Below, piece by piece: positions 60,987-64,000 of a stretch of 64,000 nt of DNA (position 1 is its first letter; every line of letters starts with the position of its first letter). The translations under genes were made by a program, and so were the position numbers. The stretch lies in the NCBI GenBank assembly GCA_963740635.1, contig CAVUEQ010000001.1, positions 657,026 to 721,025 of the forward strand. The letters run 5' to 3'. This stretch comes from an uncultured bacterium (GTDB taxonomy: Bacteria > Patescibacteriota > Saccharimonadia > UBA4664). The notes under the pieces were generated by a model that was not told the DNA's origin, did not search any database, and saw only the letters and a list, made by a program, of their open reading frames with translations.

Positions 60987-62063
60987 TTAGTCCAGGTCCT
61001 GGCCGGCGCTGGGGCCGTCGGCCCAGAGGTTGCCGGTGTGGACGACCGGTGGGTCGTCGGAGGTGAGTGGGCCGTAGCCGCCGCTGTTTGGGTGGTACAC
61101 GGTGGAGAACCGGTTGTTAGTAATGTTGATGTTGCTGACAACTGCAAGATTGTCCCGGCCCGCTGAGTAGCCGCCGTACACAGTGTACCCGCCGCCCGCG
61201 AACAGGTTTTTGTCGATGAATATGTTGCGCATATCCGTAGCCGACCCGGTGGACAGGATGATGGAGGTACCGTCGCCCTGGTTGAAGATCGTGTTGTGGC
61301 GGATAGTCAGGCCGGTCGTGCCCAATGTCTGGATGCCGTCGTTATGACTGGTATCGGAGTGGATCAAGTCGTGGATGTAGGAATCCTGGATGGTGTCGTT
61401 GCTGGCCTTGGCTCCGTCGGCGGTGCCATGGATGTCGACCCGGGTGGCGGTGTAGTCACCGGCGATGCCGTCGTGGGTAACGTCGTTGAGGCCGTCGATC
61501 TCGGTGTCGGAAACCTGCAGGCCGGAGGCATCGTTGCGAATGACCCAGTAGCAGCCGACCGTCTTCACCAAAACGTTTTTGATGATGACGTTGTTGGCGC
61601 CGGTGCGGACGTGGATGCAGCCGTCGACTTCCATGTTTTGCAGCACGTAGCCGGCTTGGGTGATGTCGATGTCGCCCGTGTGGACGGTGAGAGTGACGGG
61701 AGTGCGGGTGTCGCCGGGCAGACCGTGCGGGTAGCCGGTGTTATTGGGCCCGGGCCAGCAGCCACCCCACGGGTCGGGGCCGCCGGGGGTGTTGGCCGCA
61801 CCGGTGCAGGCGCCAGGGGTGGGGGTTGGGGTGGGCGCGGCGAATTTGACGGCCTGACCGCCGGAGGCATTCGCGTCGGCCACATTAGTGGCTGATCCCG
61901 ACAACGTGCCGGCTTCGGGCTCGAAAGCGAGAGGGGAACCAGCGGCGAAGATGCGCCAGACGACCAGTATGCCGACTGCTACAACCGGAACCATAACCAA
62001 AACCGCCCGGCGCCAGTTGAGGCTTCGGGTTGAGGTGAGCAGTTTGATGCCGGACTTTCTCAT
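60987..62063 (-). CDS. Secreted/anchored right-handed parallel beta-helix repeat protein
   Basis: 358-aa ORF with an N-terminal TM anchor, FEPEAGTL...ASGGQAVKF, a Thr/Pro linker, then repetitive beta-helix turns (N.I.N, HDGI, HNDGIQ). Confidence 0.7.
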   Translation of the reverse strand: MRKSGIKLLTSTRSLNWRRAVLVMVPVVAVGILVVWRIFAAGSPLAFEPEAGTLSGSATNVADANASGGQAVKFAAPTPTPTPGACTGAANTPGGPDPWGGCWPGPNNTGYPHGLPGDTRTPVTLTVHTGDIDITQAGYVLQNMEVDGCIHVRTGANNVIIKNVLVKTVGCYWVIRNDASGLQVSDTEIDGLNDVTHDGIAGDYTATRVDIHGTADGAKASNDTIQDSYIHDLIHSDTSHNDGIQTLGTTGLTIRHNTIFNQGDGTSIILSTGSATDMRNIFIDKNLFAGGGYTVYGGYSAGRDNLAVVSNINITNNRFSTVYHPNSGGYGPLTSDDPPVVHTGNLWADGPSAGQDLD

Positions 62064-62213
62064 TTGAGGCTATGTTAACCTCTTATGCATTGAGCGTCAA
62101 AACACCCTGTCGTGGCTAAGAACCGGCTCTTACCACCACCAATCGCGTTTGACCATGCGTGTCCCCTTAGGGTTATTTAAGAATAATATAGCACGCCCGA
62201 AGCACCTCCGGAG

Positions 62214-62474
62214 TTACTTGTACAATTGCGAGTGCGTACCGACTGCCACGAAGAACGCCGTATCGTCGTCGAGGAGCTTAAAGTGCAGGCGTAAATCTTC
62301 GTCGGCGCTGATTGAATAATACCCAGCCCACTCTTCGCCAAGGGCATGGCGGCGTAGCGCCTCATGTTTCGGATCGTCTAGAAACAGCTCTATGCAATCA
62401 GTAGCCTTGCGTTTAAGCGTTTTCGGCAGCCTGGCAAATTGCTGGTCAAAGCCCGCGCTATATTGAATCGTCAC
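62214..62474 (-). CDS. RelE/ParE-superfamily toxin
   Basis: 86-aa ORF, 4-nt overlap with the upstream antitoxin gene. ...WAGYYSISADEDLRLHFKLLDDDTAFFVAVGTHSQLY. Confidence 0.65.
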   Translation of the reverse strand: MTIQYSAGFDQQFARLPKTLKRKATDCIELFLDDPKHEALRRHALGEEWAGYYSISADEDLRLHFKLLDDDTAFFVAVGTHSQLYK

Positions 62475-62749
62475 AGCGAGCGCAGGTGCTCAAGGGCTTC
62501 TTTCTTGGTCTTGGCCGTGGTGATGCCGCGACCGGCCGCGAGGTCGGCGTCAGCCTCGCGCATTATTTTCCTTAGGTAAGCCGTAGGCTCAAGGACGGTG
62601 CTAAAAACGACCTTGCGATCCCGGAGCATTTGCTTAATTGACCCATTGACTAGAGCGGATACGGGTACGCCAACCTCAGCCGCAAACTCTTTGAGAGATT
62701 GTTTAGTCTGCGTATCGATTTTGACATTTAGTGTAGTATTCATACGCAC
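62471..62749 (-). CDS. RelB/DinJ-type antitoxin
   Basis: 92-aa ORF: LNVKIDTQTKQSLKEFAAEVGVPVSALVNGSIKQML. Confidence 0.65.
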   Translation of the reverse strand: MRMNTTLNVKIDTQTKQSLKEFAAEVGVPVSALVNGSIKQMLRDRKVVFSTVLEPTAYLRKIMREADADLAAGRGITTAKTKKEALEHLRSL

Positions 62750-62781
62750 AGAGTACGCCTATTGTGATTACTTTTCAATGT

Positions 62782-64000
62782 TCAGGTGCACAGGCCGCCG
62801 CTGACGTGCGGGTTAGTATTGTCTAGGTTCTCGCCCGTTTCTAGCGTCGTATTGCCGCTGCGGGTGCTTCCCGAGCCGCTCCAGTCGCCGGTGGGCCCGC
62901 CATAATATGGCGGCCAAATGAAGTTGGAATTGCCCTCGGCCGGCCCTCGGTAGAACCATGCGCCAAAACTCCCCACACAGCTAAAGAGGTGGGTTGAGAG
63001 CTTGTTGTTAGTGAAATGGATGTTGGTGGTAGTGTAGCCGCCGACTGCCGACGGGTTGCCCGGGCTGCCGTCGCCGGGATTGTAATCTTCGGCGTAGACA
63101 GCGAAACCGCCGCCCTCGATGAGGTTGTTGGTGACGGTGATGTCGTGGCTGGAACGGTTGCCGTCCCAGATGGCGATGGCGCTGTCGGTGCCGTTGCCGT
63201 TGGCGTCGGAGGTCATTTGGAAAGTGTTGTGGTCAATCAGTCCATTGCCGGCGCCCTCGGTCTGGTAGCCGTCGATGTGGCCGTTGGCGGTGGCAGTAGT
63301 GAGGTCGTGGATATAGTTGTTTTGGATGGTGAAGTTGTCGCCGGCGGTGGCGGGGTCGAACTGGACTTGGGACCAGCTAAAGAAGCCATCATCGATGTTA
63401 TAGCAGTCGTTGTATGTGGCGGTCATGCTCGCGCCGGAGTACCAGACGCAAGCGTGGACCTGTTTTTGGCCATTGAATTCGTTGTGGTCGATGGTGGCGG
63501 TGGCGTTGTCGTCAACCATCACCGCCCCTGTGCCATTAGCGCCGCCGCGAATATTGAAGCCGTTGCAGGCGGCTGATCGAGTTGTTTTTGATCGTCACGC
63601 CCAGTAGTCTGCACCTCAATACAGCCAGTGATGCTCTGGCAGCTTATAGTCGTGTTGGCCGTGGTGACGTGAATGATGCCCTGCGCGTCTTTCGCAAGTG
63701 CGGAGGTGGTGAGCACGCCGCCACATTGCGACAGCACGTAGCCGGTATTGGTCGGTCCGGGCCAGCCACAAGTTTCGAGGTTGGCCCAGAGATAGTTGCC
63801 GCCCGAGGCGCAGGCTGCCGGAGGAGTGGGGGTGGGAGTAGCTCCGGTGGCAAACTTGACCGCCTGGCCGCCCGAGGCGCCGGCATCGGAGACAACCGCG
63901 GCGGGGCTGGTGAGCGTGCCGGACTCGGGCTCGAAGGCGGTGAAGCTACCGGCGGCGAAGATTTTGATTACGACAATAATGCCGATTGCAGCCGTCAGAC
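62782..64000 (-). pseudogene. Second beta-helix repeat protein (paralog of 60987..62063), 5' end outside the window, with two frameshifts near 63600 and 63575
   Basis: Reverse-strand reading gives ...IFAAGSFTAFEPESGTLTSPAAVVSDAGASGGQAVKFA...GCIEVQTTG | VTIKNNSI | SAACNGFNIRGGANGTGAVMVDDNATATIDHNEFNG... across three frames (track ORFs 63644..63895, 63519..63737 and 62782..63522). Confidence 0.7.

Overview
High-GC (roughly 60%) bacterial chromosome segment. It uses the standard genetic code (TGA is a stop), is gene-dense, and is mostly transcribed on the minus strand.

Core content:
- A de novo purine cluster: purH (partial), purC, purE, purB, purM, purN and a single-chain purL.
- An aldehyde dehydrogenase, RidA and YciI, pgi and gnd.
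- A complete quinol-oxidase set (cyoE plus cyoABCD), crcB with DUF190, and Ni-SOD sodN-sodX.
- rpsP-KH-trmD, smc, rnc, nusB, rpmF-yceD, leuS and divergent murF/murA.

Lower-GC accessory patches sit between these:
- A three-gene phosphotransfer module splitting the pur cluster (8.1-11.4 kb).
- A toxin-antitoxin-rich island next to tRNA-Gln (32.0-36.7 kb).
- Membrane-protein genes at 42.5-44.3 kb.
- An intact IS1595-family element (49.6-50.5 kb).
- A RelE/RelB pair between two beta-helix paralogs (61-64 kb).

Most notable observations:
1. The tRNA-Gln island is cut into small cassettes by at least six direct, degenerate copies of the tRNA 3' end. No integrase is present in the window.
2. LeuS (1132 codons) carries two foreign-looking inserted domains. 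One is a YdeN/RBBP9-type serine hydrolase at the entrance of the CP1 editing domain. The other is an ASCH-like module inside the second zinc knuckle.
3. A split, order-permuted PEP-utilising (rifampicin-phosphotransferase-like) enzyme sits next to a histidine phosphatase.
4. A tandem pair of paralogous Cys-rich membrane proteins has no family I can name.
5. At least 14 single-base frameshifts fall in six dispensable-looking genes (gnd alone has 8 or more), while more than 35 kb of housekeeping genes show none.
6. A recurrent TGnTAnAAT-N6-ATG arrangement implies leaderless transcription of many genes.

Lineage cannot be assigned from this window alone. All calls come from reading the sequence and the ORF track; no database search was run.
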